This document shows positions 25,244 through 34,600 of a DNA stretch of 43,919 nt, one piece after another. The stretch is taken from positions 1 through 43,919 of the forward strand of contig JAUXOH010000245.1 of assembly GCA_030682505.1 (NCBI GenBank). Reading direction: 5' to 3'. Every line of letters begins with the position of its first letter. The stretch's first letter is position 1. The DNA comes from Candidatus Didemnitutus sp. (lineage in GTDB: Bacteria > Verrucomicrobiota > Verrucomicrobiia > Opitutales > Opitutaceae). The notes below the pieces were generated by a model that saw only the letters and a program-made list of their open reading frames with translations, was not told the origin of the DNA and ran no database searches. The position numbers and the translations under genes were made by a program.

Positions 25244-26746
25244 TTAATTCAACGAGGGATCAACGGGAGGGCTCGAGTTCGGCAGTGTGAAGGTCGTGAA
25301 CGGCAAGGCGCGCAAGAGCGGCCGGCCCGTCCTAGCCGGGTGCTTGATGACCGCCTTGCCCGGAGGCAAGGCCAGCAGGCTAGTCGTCTTGAACCAGGGT
25401 TCATCTGACGGCTGCCAGTTGCGCGATGTGCGACCACTGCTCACTCCGCCGCTGTATTTGCGGACTTCGCGCCCGCCCATTTTCTCGGAAATGATCTTGG
25501 CTCCTATCTCGTCGGCGGCGCGAAAGTGAATTTGGGATCTCAGATTCGCCATGAATACGTCGGCTTTGCGTTCGGTCTCGAACGAGGCGTAAAGCGAAAG
25601 CGGAGTCTGGGTTGCGGAAATCAGGCACACGCCCGCCTCGCGCAACTCGTCGACGGTGGCATGATCAGAAAACCCATCCTCGGAAACGAGGGTCGTTTTC
25701 TGCCCTTCATCGAGCACCAGTGAAATCATGTTTCTCCGGCGCAGTTCGACGGGATCGAGGTCGAACCGCCGGAACGCATGCAAAAAGAAGAGCTGCTTGC
25801 AGAGCAGGTTCAGGTAACGGCGCTCGACCTGGTAGGTCTGTGGGACCGAAAGGCAGATGAGCCGGCCGGCGTCCACCTCGGCTAGCGTAAAGTTGGGTTC
25901 GACCGAACAGAATACGCTGCGGATGTCCGGCGGCGTGTAGGGCCGCAGGTAATTGGCGACCGTGGAGACCGTGCCGCCTTTTTGCTCCGGGGGCTGGGCG
26001 GCGAAGTCCTTGAAATACTGGCGCTCGATTTCCGCGGCGGCCTTCTTGTTCTCGCCCAGCCGCCCGAGCAGCATCGCGGTGTCCGTCGAAATGCAGAGCA
26101 CATTGTGGATGTTGGACAGGGTCACCGGTAATTCGGCGGCCTCCAGCGCGTGCATGGCGTGAGTGATGGCATCGCGCGCCGTCTCCTTGAAAAAACTCTG
26201 GCCTCCGCGCTGGCCCGAGGCCGTCGCCGTATCGACGATTATTTTCGCATAGGTGCTCCACGGCACGTCGGGGTCGCCCAGCATGTTAAGCCGCAGGGGG
26301 GGCGACCATTTGGACGGTGGAATATGGCTGGGACGCACCCGGATGAGCCGCAAGGAGTCCTCCTGTCCCAGGGCTCGCGCCATTGCGGCCATCGGCTTCC
26401 AGAGGGCGCCCTTCGAATCCACCGCCAGGACACCGGTATCCGGCAAAGTCGAACGCAAGCCATGCACGATCGGCACAACCGCCCGGGCCGTCTTGCCGGT
26501 GCCGGTGGCCCCGGTGATGAAGAAATGACAGCACGCCTCGTCTCGAGTCCAGGTCAGGCCCCACAGGCGAAGCACAATGCCGCTGCTGCTTTCGCACGCT
26601 TCGACCAGCGCGCAATATGCCAGCCAGATCCCGGCTGACTCAGCGAGCATGGGCAGCCAGTAGCCCACCGGCCGCGCGACGCCGGCCTTCGCGGCCCAAG
26701 CGACGACGAAACACATTCCAGCCAGGCTGACGGAGCGGGCGTTCAC
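25244..26746 (-). CDS. virD4: Type IV coupling protein (VirD4/TraG/TraD-like)
   Basis: N-terminal hydrophobic segments, HFFITGATGTGKT, VDSKG, LVLDEGQ, LREAGVCLISATQ. Confidence 0.88.
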   Translation of the reverse strand: MNARSVSLAGMCFVVAWAAKAGVARPVGYWLPMLAESAGIWLAYCALVEACESSSGIVLRLWGLTWTRDEACCHFFITGATGTGKTARAVVPIVHGLRSTLPDTGVLAVDSKGALWKPMAAMARALGQEDSLRLIRVRPSHIPPSKWSPPLRLNMLGDPDVPWSTYAKIIVDTATASGQRGGQSFFKETARDAITHAMHALEAAELPVTLSNIHNVLCISTDTAMLLGRLGENKKAAAEIERQYFKDFAAQPPEQKGGTVSTVANYLRPYTPPDIRSVFCSVEPNFTLAEVDAGRLICLSVPQTYQVERRYLNLLCKQLFFLHAFRRFDLDPVELRRRNMISLVLDEGQKTTLVSEDGFSDHATVDELREAGVCLISATQTPLSLYASFETERKADVFMANLRSQIHFRAADEIGAKIISEKMGGREVRKYSGGVSSGRTSRNWQPSDEPWFKTTSLLALPPGKAVIKHPARTGRPLLRALPFTTFTLPNSSPPVDPSLN

Positions 26747-27216
26747 GCCAGCAGCACTATGACCGAGGCCAGGACGCCGAGGGCGACGCCAATCAACAAG
26801 GCCGCCAGCAATTGCCGCCGCTGGGCCGTCTGGAAGTTGCGCGACAGCGGGGCCAGCGACTTTTCCAGGGACTGCAACTGGCTGACCGCCTGCGCGACCG
26901 GCTCCTTCAATTCCTTCTCGAACTGTTGGCCGAGCTGCGCTGGCTTCTGCTCCAGCGCGTCCTGCACCTCCGCGAGCACGGTGTTGACGCCTGCAACGGT
27001 GTCCGCCGCATCGGCCAAAGAATCAACCCGGGCATCGAGGGCACTCTTCAGTTCCACGATGGCCAGCTTCACCGTGTCTTCGCACGCTTTCATCCGGTTC
27101 CAGTGCCAGGCGATCAGCAGGAACACCGGGTCATTGGGCTGAAGCCGGTATTGAGTGACGACCCATTGCAGGTCTTCCGGCATAGTCGCCGGATCGAGCA
27201 GTTCCTCCGGCTTCAT
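26743..27216 (-). CDS. TraM/MobE/StbC-like protein with a C-terminal TM (157 aa)
   Basis: NDPVFLL motif, coiled coil and C-terminal TM; follows a TraL-like ATPase. Start reset to 27216. Confidence 0.6.
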   Translation of the reverse strand: MKPEELLDPATMPEDLQWVVTQYRLQPNDPVFLLIAWHWNRMKACEDTVKLAIVELKSALDARVDSLADAADTVAGVNTVLAEVQDALEQKPAQLGQQFEKELKEPVAQAVSQLQSLEKSLAPLSRNFQTAQRRQLLAALLIGVALGVLASVIVLLA

Positions 27217-27920
27217 GCGACGAGCAATTCCCGGGCCTTGGCCATTTCCCCGGCCATGTGGGTGTGGAATCGGACGCAACGGGAGCGATCCAGCAGATGG
27301 AGTTGGGCGGCGGTGCGCCCCTTGCCGACCGTGAGGTTCGCGGTCTGCAGTTGATTGCGTGTCACCTCGGCCAGACACGGCACGTCGATTTCGACAGCCC
27401 GGAGCTCGCCCAACCGTTTCCGGGCATTGCTCTGATCAAACAGGCGCAGATTCGGGCCGTCGCGGAAGTTGCGGGCCACGAGCCAGCGGACGCGCCCGCC
27501 GTGGGTGTCGAGCAACTCGGCGATCTGGGAGTTCGCGTCCTTGTCGTCCGTCGCAATGATCACGAACACCAGCAGACAGTCGAACTGAGCCTGCAACTCG
27601 GGCAGTTGGGTTTCGTCCAGATACGCCAGCACCTTGCTCCCGCCGGAGGCGCGGTTGTCCACGAGCACGACGTCGGCCTCGTCCAAGGCGTGCACAATGC
27701 GGTCAAGGGTGCCCAGTTTGTCCGTGTCCACGTCGGTGTCGATGAACTCGGCCTCGGGGACCAGTCTTTGAAACGTGGAATTGGCGTGGTCCAGGTCGAA
27801 GGCTTTGACGGCGACCCCCTCCTCCAGCAGGTGGTCATGGAGCAGCGTGGCGATAAAGCTTTTGCCAATACCGCCCTTGTCCTGGGGAAAGAGAATAATG
27901 CGTTTGGTGGGTGTATTCAT
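27213..27920 (-). CDS. TraL/MobD/StbB-like ParA-type P-loop ATPase
   Basis: Deviant Walker A QDKGGIGKS, FDLDHANSTF, VLVDN. Confidence 0.8.
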   Translation of the reverse strand: MNTPTKRIILFPQDKGGIGKSFIATLLHDHLLEEGVAVKAFDLDHANSTFQRLVPEAEFIDTDVDTDKLGTLDRIVHALDEADVVLVDNRASGGSKVLAYLDETQLPELQAQFDCLLVFVIIATDDKDANSQIAELLDTHGGRVRWLVARNFRDGPNLRLFDQSNARKRLGELRAVEIDVPCLAEVTRNQLQTANLTVGKGRTAAQLHLLDRSRCVRFHTHMAGEMAKARELLVA

Positions 27921-27926
27921 AAGGGT

Positions 27927-28292
27927 TCAGTAGTTATCCCGCGCGATCTTCGGCCCGCGCTTGCCGAGTATGGTGGGAGTGGCCGCCGGTGTGAGAGGTA
28001 ACAGCGGGGTAACGGCGACCGGCTTGGGGCCGGTCTCGTTCTCCACCCGCTGCCGTTCCCGGAGGATCTCGCCCTTGGTGAAGGCGCGCCGACAGAAGAC
28101 GCCAACGGCCGCCGACGAAACCTTGAGCCCGTGCCTGGTCAGGGTGGCGGCAATCTGTTCGTAACTCATGTATTTGGCCCGCCAGAGCAGCAGCACATCC
28201 CGGTAGGGGGCGAGCAGACCACGGGTATGCTCCGCCGGGTTGTAGCGGCGGGCGTCCTCCATCAGGCGGGCGTAAAGCGGGGTGTTTTCCAT
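27927..28292 (-). CDS. TraK/StbA-like oriT-proximal DNA-binding protein (121 aa)
   Basis: HTH-like LAPYRDVLLLWRAKYMSYEQIAATLTRHGLKVS; first gene divergent from the relaxase. Start reset to 28292. Confidence 0.6.
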   Translation of the reverse strand: MENTPLYARLMEDARRYNPAEHTRGLLAPYRDVLLLWRAKYMSYEQIAATLTRHGLKVSSAAVGVFCRRAFTKGEILRERQRVENETGPKPVAVTPLLPLTPAATPTILGKRGPKIARDNY

Positions 28293-28622
28293 CAATTCAC
28301 CTAATATAATAACGTATGGGCATAGAGAAAGCGAAAAGTGACGACACCCCATCGGTCGCGAGTAGCGGCAAAGTAGTGGTGAAGTAGTGGCCGAGTAGTG
28401 GCGGAACGAGAATTTCCTAACGGACGTTAGGGGAGGCGTGTGCCCTCTGGTATAGGTAGGTGGTGCGGCTTTTGCCGCTCAGTTCGCTGGCTGTTGATCA
28501 GTTGGAGTTGCGATGAAAAAATGTGCCGGCTGGGTCACTCAATGGGTTGGTTTGGGTGTTTCGGTGATGGCTGAACCGAGATTCGGCTCGAAAACGTATG
28601 GGTTATGAGTATGGGTTTAGAG
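28293..28622. other. Candidate origin of transfer (oriT) region
   Basis: Non-coding gap between the divergent stb-like operon and the MOBF relaxase, with phased repeats and a perfect inverted repeat CCTAACG-GA-CGTTAGG (28416-28431). The nic site was not determined. Confidence 0.7.
28361..28404 (+). repeat. Four direct repeats of AGTAGYGG with exact 11-bp periodicity
   Basis: Copies start at 28361, 28372, 28383 and 28394. Confidence 0.85.
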
Positions 28623-31262
28623 ATGGTGAGATTCGATCAACCCTGCTTTCTCGTGAAAGGTGCCGTGGAGTATTTCCGCGAGCACATGGCGTTGGGTGAT
28701 TACCTGACGCAGGAAGGCCAGTCCGAGATGACCTGGGCGGGCAAAGGAGCTGAAATGCTCGGCCTGGCCGGTCAGTGCGACCTGACGCACTTCGAGAACC
28801 TGTGCCGGGGCCTGCACCCGGTGAGCGGTGAGAAGCTCATGGTCCGCAACAAGGGCGTCTCGCGCCGGGTATGCTATTTCGGGCAGGTATCTCCCCCCAA
28901 GGATGTCTCCATTTTACACTTGGTCGGCGGCGACCAACGGATTGCGGGTTGGTGGCGCGAGGCGGTGGCCGAGACCCTCCGTGAAATCGAGGCGGTGACC
29001 GCCACCCGTGTGCGCCGGGCCGGGGCCAACCAGGACCGCCAGACCGGGAACATGGTGGCGGCCATCGTCACTCATGACGCCAACCGGTCGCTTGACCCTC
29101 AGCTTCATACCCACCTGTGCGTCATGAACGTGACCTACGATGCCACGGAAAGCCGTTGGAAGAGCGTCCAGCCTACGGGCTTTTATCGGCATCAGGGCTA
29201 TTTTCGCGAGGTTTGTTACAACCGGCTCGCGGCCCGGATGCTGGAGGCCGGTTACGAATTGGAGCCGGTGCGGCGAATTGGGTTCACCATCAAAGGCGTG
29301 CCCGCCGAATTGCGGGACACCTTCAGCAAGCGCCGAAGAGAGATTCTGCGGGAGGCCACCGAAACCACCTCCCAAGATGAACTGCAAAACATCGCGTTGC
29401 GCACCCGGGCGGGGAAAACCAATGCAACCGCCGCCACCCTGCGCGCCCGCTGGCTGGCCGAATGCGGCGGGCACCTCGAAACGCTCCGGGCGGTGATCGC
29501 CTCCGCGCAGGGTTCGCTCCGACCGGCATTGCTGGCCACGCTGCTCGATGCGGTGGATTCAGCCGGTGCCCATGTCTTTGAACGGCGCTCGGTCGTTGAT
29601 GCACGCACGTTGCTGCGCGAAGCTCTCGTCGTCGGACGCGGGCAGGTGACGCTGGCGGCCCTGAAACAGGCGGTGGCCATCCGGGAGCGCGCCGGCGAGC
29701 TGATCCGGTCGGGGGACGAACTTGCCTCTCGCTCAGGGCTGGAGGCCGAAAAGGAGTTCACCGGCTGGGCCAGCGCGGAATTGAACCGGTGCGACAGGTT
29801 GGGGGCCAAGCCCGAGACGGCCGGCCTTGGGGAGGATCAGGCCAAGGCGATAACCGAGCTTTTGCGCTCCCATTCCCGCGTCACGATTCTGCAAGGCGAC
29901 GCGGGGACCGGCAAAACAACGAGCCTCAAGGCCATCGTGGCAGGAATCGAGCAGAACGGCCTTCAGGTATTCGGTTGCGCTCCCTCCGCTGGCGCCGCGG
30001 ACGTGCTACGCCATGAACTCACCCCGGTGGCGGACACGTTGCAGCAATTGCTGGTGAACGAGTCGCTGCAAAAGAAGGTCCGTGGCCGGGTAATCATCGT
30101 GGATGAGGCCGGCTTGGTGTCGGTGCGGGAGATGCGCGACCTCTGTCGGATGGCCGCTCTCAACGACAACCGACTGCTGCTGGTAGGCGACATCAAGCAG
30201 CATGGTTCCGTGGAGGCCGGCGATGCGCTCCGCGCGTTGCAAGAATACGCCCGCGTGCCGGTTTTCCGTCTCACAGAAATTCGCCGTCAGCGTGATCCCG
30301 AATACCGCAAGGCCGTCTCGCTTCTGGCGCGGGGTGATGCCTTCGGGGCATTCAACCACCTCAACCGGCTGGGGGCGGTTCGCGAACTGGCGGGCGGCGA
30401 TGGCCTGTGGCACGCCGCAGCCGCCGACTACGTGCGAACGGTGCTTTCGGGCAAGAGCTGCCTCGCGATTTCTCCGGTGTGGCTGGAGATCCACCGGTTT
30501 AGCACCGCCGTGCGGGAACAATTGAAGCAGGCGGGACTGATCGCCCGGGAGGAACGCATGGTCGTTACGGTTCACCCGTTGAAGTGGACCCGGGAGGAGT
30601 GCCGGAGGATTCGTAACTACCAGCCGGGCGACGTGCTCACGTTCCATCAGGTTTGGGGCGATTTTAGGAAACATGAATCGCTTACGGTGGTGCGTCGGGA
30701 AGACCGGCATCTGTTGGTCCAGGATGCGTCCGGCCACGAGCACCGGCTTGATCCGGCCCGGGTTCGCGGGTTCGATGTTGGTTTGGCCAAAGAATTGCCC
30801 GTGGCGGTTGGCGACCAACTGCTCATGCGCGCGAATCTGGCCCCAGCCGGCGTTCGCAATGGGGATTTGGCTGAGGTGGCCGGCTTCGGTGAGGATGGCG
30901 GCATTGTCCTGAAGGACGGCCGTCAGTTGCCCGCTTGGTTCCGCGATTTTGCGCATGGCTACGCGACGACTTCCCACGCGGCCCAGGGCAAATCGGTGGA
31001 TCGAGGTATTCTGCTCATGGCTGAAGCCGGCATCGCCGCGGGAAACTTGAAACAGGCTTACGTCTCAAATTCCCGGTTTCGCGAAAGCCAGATGATATAC
31101 ACGTCGGACAAACTGGCGGCGCGCGAGGCCATGATGCGCCCGGCGGACCGCATGCTGGCCATGGAGATGGCGGTTCCGACCACGGATGAGATCGCGCCGG
31201 CTCCGGAGCGCGAAGAAAACGCCCTCCGACCGGGGGTCAAGTCGAGCGCCGTGTCATCCTAA
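28623..31262 (+). CDS. MOBF relaxase-helicase (TrwC/TraI-like; ~879 aa)
   Basis: N-terminal Tyr motifs (AVEYF...GDYL), SPPKDVS, HUH motif HDANRSLDPQLHTH, FSKRR, helicase QGDAGTGKT, IVDEAG, HGYATTSHAAQGKSVD. Start 28623 places the tyrosines as in TrwC. Confidence 0.95.
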   Translation: MVRFDQPCFLVKGAVEYFREHMALGDYLTQEGQSEMTWAGKGAEMLGLAGQCDLTHFENLCRGLHPVSGEKLMVRNKGVSRRVCYFGQVSPPKDVSILHLVGGDQRIAGWWREAVAETLREIEAVTATRVRRAGANQDRQTGNMVAAIVTHDANRSLDPQLHTHLCVMNVTYDATESRWKSVQPTGFYRHQGYFREVCYNRLAARMLEAGYELEPVRRIGFTIKGVPAELRDTFSKRRREILREATETTSQDELQNIALRTRAGKTNATAATLRARWLAECGGHLETLRAVIASAQGSLRPALLATLLDAVDSAGAHVFERRSVVDARTLLREALVVGRGQVTLAALKQAVAIRERAGELIRSGDELASRSGLEAEKEFTGWASAELNRCDRLGAKPETAGLGEDQAKAITELLRSHSRVTILQGDAGTGKTTSLKAIVAGIEQNGLQVFGCAPSAGAADVLRHELTPVADTLQQLLVNESLQKKVRGRVIIVDEAGLVSVREMRDLCRMAALNDNRLLLVGDIKQHGSVEAGDALRALQEYARVPVFRLTEIRRQRDPEYRKAVSLLARGDAFGAFNHLNRLGAVRELAGGDGLWHAAAADYVRTVLSGKSCLAISPVWLEIHRFSTAVREQLKQAGLIAREERMVVTVHPLKWTREECRRIRNYQPGDVLTFHQVWGDFRKHESLTVVRREDRHLLVQDASGHEHRLDPARVRGFDVGLAKELPVAVGDQLLMRANLAPAGVRNGDLAEVAGFGEDGGIVLKDGRQLPAWFRDFAHGYATTSHAAQGKSVDRGILLMAEAGIAAGNLKQAYVSNSRFRESQMIYTSDKLAAREAMMRPADRMLAMEMAVPTTDEIAPAPEREENALRPGVKSSAVSS

Positions 31263-31267
31263 GATCG

Positions 31268-31618
31268 ATGAGCATCGAACACCAACCCGGCCAGAAACCA
31301 CTTGTGCCCGCGCCTCCGCCCACCTGGGGCGAAGTCGCCACCGATGACGAGAAGGCGAAGGTGGTCCGGTTTGTCATGGTGGATCGGGTGGTGACGTTTC
31401 CCGTTTCAGAGTTGAAGCGGTGGGAGCATGTCGCGGGTGAACCGGAGGTGCTTTGCATCAATGCGGGGAAGGAGCAGGTGGTCATCGAGGGGGCGGAACT
31501 TGGCGCCATTTGCGCGGCTCTCGACCTGAAGCGGCTTTGCGAGGTCCGGGTCAACCACGAGCGATCCAAAGCCCGGCCCGGTCCCCGGGTGCGCCGGATC
31601 GCCATTGAAACCGCATGA
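31268..31618 (+). CDS. Hypothetical protein, 116 aa
   Basis: Tightly packed between the relaxase and the methylase-helicase; beta-rich, protein-like sequence. Confidence 0.7.
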   Translation: MSIEHQPGQKPLVPAPPPTWGEVATDDEKAKVVRFVMVDRVVTFPVSELKRWEHVAGEPEVLCINAGKEQVVIEGAELGAICAALDLKRLCEVRVNHERSKARPGPRVRRIAIETA

Positions 31619-31621
31619 CGT

Positions 31622-34600
31622 ATGGCCCAAAAGAAACAAACAGAACAGCTCGATTTCCTCGGGCACCTAACCCATGAGAGAACTCCTGATTTACGGACGA
31701 ATGGCGGAAACACACTGGCGGGAACATCGCCCGCGGATGGTGGCGGAACTGGAGGAGGAAAACCGCCTGCAGGCGGCGTTGCTGGACGCGCAGGAACAGA
31801 CGACGGCGGACATGGAGCGGCTGATCCGGCAATTCACGCGCCAGGGACTGACGCCGCAGCAGGCGCACGACCAGGCTTGGGAGCTGGTGCGGGAGAAATA
31901 CATCCTGCTGCCGCCGGAAGCGAAGGAGTAGCCCGCAACGCAGCCAACTACCGCATCACAGACGCCGACCGGCTGGGCGAAGGCCCGTTGCGCCGGAAAT
32001 TTGAGCAGAATGTCGCCGCCCTCGAACTGTTGTTTCAAATCGAGGCGGAACGGCGCGGGGCGACGGACGCGGAGAAGGCCGTCCTCGTCAAATACACCGG
32101 CTGGGGTGGCTTGCCGCAGGTATTCGCAACGCCCGCCGAGGCTCCGGGCTGGGAGAAAGAACAGAAGCGGCTGAAGGAACTGCTGGAACCGGCGAGCTTC
32201 GACTCGGCCCGGGCGACGGTGCTCAACGCTCACTACACGTCCCCCACGGTCATTCGGGCGATGTATGCGGCCGTCAGCCGGCTCGGATTCACCCATGGGC
32301 GCGTGCTAGAGCCCGCGTGCGGCCTCGGTCACTTCTTCGGTCTGATGCCGGAGGAGATGGCCTCCCGTTCCCAGCTCACCGGCGTCGAGATCGACCGGGT
32401 CACGGCCCGGTTGACGGCCTTGCTCTATCCTGACGCGGAGATTCACCCGCAGCCGTTCGAAGAGACGACGCTTCCGACCAACAGCTTTGACCTGGCTATT
32501 TCCAATGTGCCCTTCGGCGACTACTCACCGTTCGACCCGAAGCTGAACCGTCGGAAGTTCAAGATTCACGACTACTTTTTCGTCGCGGCGGCGGAACGCG
32601 TGCGCGCGGGCGGGCTCATCGCCTTCATCACCACGCGCGGCACTCTCGACAAGCAGTATCCCCATCTGCGCGAGGCAGTCGCCCAGCAATGCGATCTGGT
32701 GGCTGCGATTCGGCTGCCGAACACCGCGTTTAAGAAGAACGCCAACACGGAGGTCACGACCGATATTGTGATTCTGCGGAAAAGGGCATCGGGAGAGAAA
32801 CCGACCGGGCCGGCATGGCAGGAGAGCCGTCCCGTGCCGGGTGGCACGGAAGGAAAGCCGATCTTTCTCAACGAGTATTATCATGAGCGTCCGGCCATGA
32901 TGCTCGGCAAGCTGGAGCAGGTGGAGCACGGGATGTATGGCCGCGATGAGGTCACGCTTGAGCCGGACGGTCGCGAATTGGGCGAGGCACTTGCGGCTGC
33001 GATTGTCGATTTGCCAGAAGGCATCTACCGGCCGCTCACGGAGGCTCAGGCGGCAGCCCAGCGGCAGACAATTCCGGTGCCGCCGGGCGTGAAGCCTAAC
33101 GCCTACGTCCTGACCGACCATGGCGGGGGTGGCATCGCGGTCCGTGAAGGTGAAGAACTGCGGCTGCTGACAGAGCTTTCGCCCATGACGGCGCGGCGCA
33201 TCCGGCGGTTGATCCATGTGCGGGATGCCGCCCGCGAATGCTTGCAGTTGCAGGTTGCGGACCGGCCTGAACCGGAGCTGGCCGCCTCCCGGTTCAAGCT
33301 GAACCAGGTGTATGACTACTTCGTCGGACAATTCGGGGCGATCTCGCAGTCGGCCAATTCGCGCGTGTTCGCAGGAGATCCCGACATGCCGTTGCTGCTG
33401 TCGTTGGAGAACTACGACGAAGCCAGCAACACGGCAGCGAAAACCGCCATCTTCCGGGAGCGGACGATCCAGCGCCGGGCGGCGGTGACAAGCGTCGGAG
33501 GGGCCAAGGAGGCTCTCGTAGTCACCTTGAGCGAACGAGGCCGGGTGGACCTAGAGCACATCGGCCGGCTCTTGGGCAAGCCCGAGGCCGAGTTCCTGCC
33601 CGAGTTGCAGGGGGCAATCTTCCACAACCCAGTCACGAAGCGTTGGGAGTCCGACGACGAATACCTCTCCGGTAATGTCCGAGAGAAGCTCGCCGTGGCG
33701 GAGCGGGTCGCCCGGGAGGACGAGCGCTACCGGCTCAATGCCGAGGCGTTGCGCGAGGTTCAGCCGGCGGATTTGAAGGCGACGGAAATTGACGCCCGGC
33801 TGGGGGCGGCGTGGATCCCAGCGGAAGATGTCGTGGCGTTTGGGCAGGAGATTCTGCGGGTTCACGGTCGCCATGACGTGCGGGTCAGCCATGTGCCGCA
33901 GTTCGCCCTGTGGACGGTCGAGGTCAGCCACTATGCCAAGACCGGCGTCGCTAACAAAAGCGAATGGGGCACGGCTAGGGTGACAGCGCACGAACTGTTG
34001 GAGGCGGCGCTCAACCTGCGCACACCGACCGTTTACGATTACGACGAGGAGAAAAAGCCGCACGTCAACGCGGTGGCCACGGAGGCCGCCCGCGAAAAAC
34101 AGCAGAAGCTCAAGGACCGGTTTGCCGAGTGGATATGGCAGGATGACGCCCGGCGTGAGCGGCTCGTGGCCTTCTACAACCGCGAATACAATCACACCCG
34201 GTTGAGGATTTTCAGCGGCGAGCACCTGACGCTGCCAGGGGCGAGTCCGGCAATTACACTACGTCCGCACCAAAAGGCCGGGATCTGGCGCGTCCTGCAA
34301 ACGCCCAATGCGCTGCTGGCCCACGTCGTCGGCGCGGGCAAGACGTTCACGATGGCCGCCGCGGCGATGGAGCTGAAGCGGCTCGGGCTGGCGAGGAAGC
34401 CCATGTTCGTGGTGCCGAATCACATGCTCGGGCAGTTCAGCACCGAACTGCTGACGCTCTATCCAGGGGCCAACGTGCTTGTTGCGGGGAAAGATGATTT
34501 TGCCAGTGCCCGGCGCCGCGAGCTGATGGGCCGCATCGCCACCAACAATTGGGATGCAGTCATCGTCACGCATTCCGGTTTTGAGCGCCTGCCGATGTCG

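Noticed and set aside
28361-28404. Short repeat array as a possible CRISPR
   Set aside because: 8-bp units with 3-bp spacers and no cas genes; fits protein-binding iterons.
7074-30977. Long antisense ORFs (e.g. 7074..8165, 19108..20067, 20317..21396, 22090..22935, 30006..30977)
   Set aside because: Shadow ORFs expected opposite GC-rich genes; no recognisable motifs.
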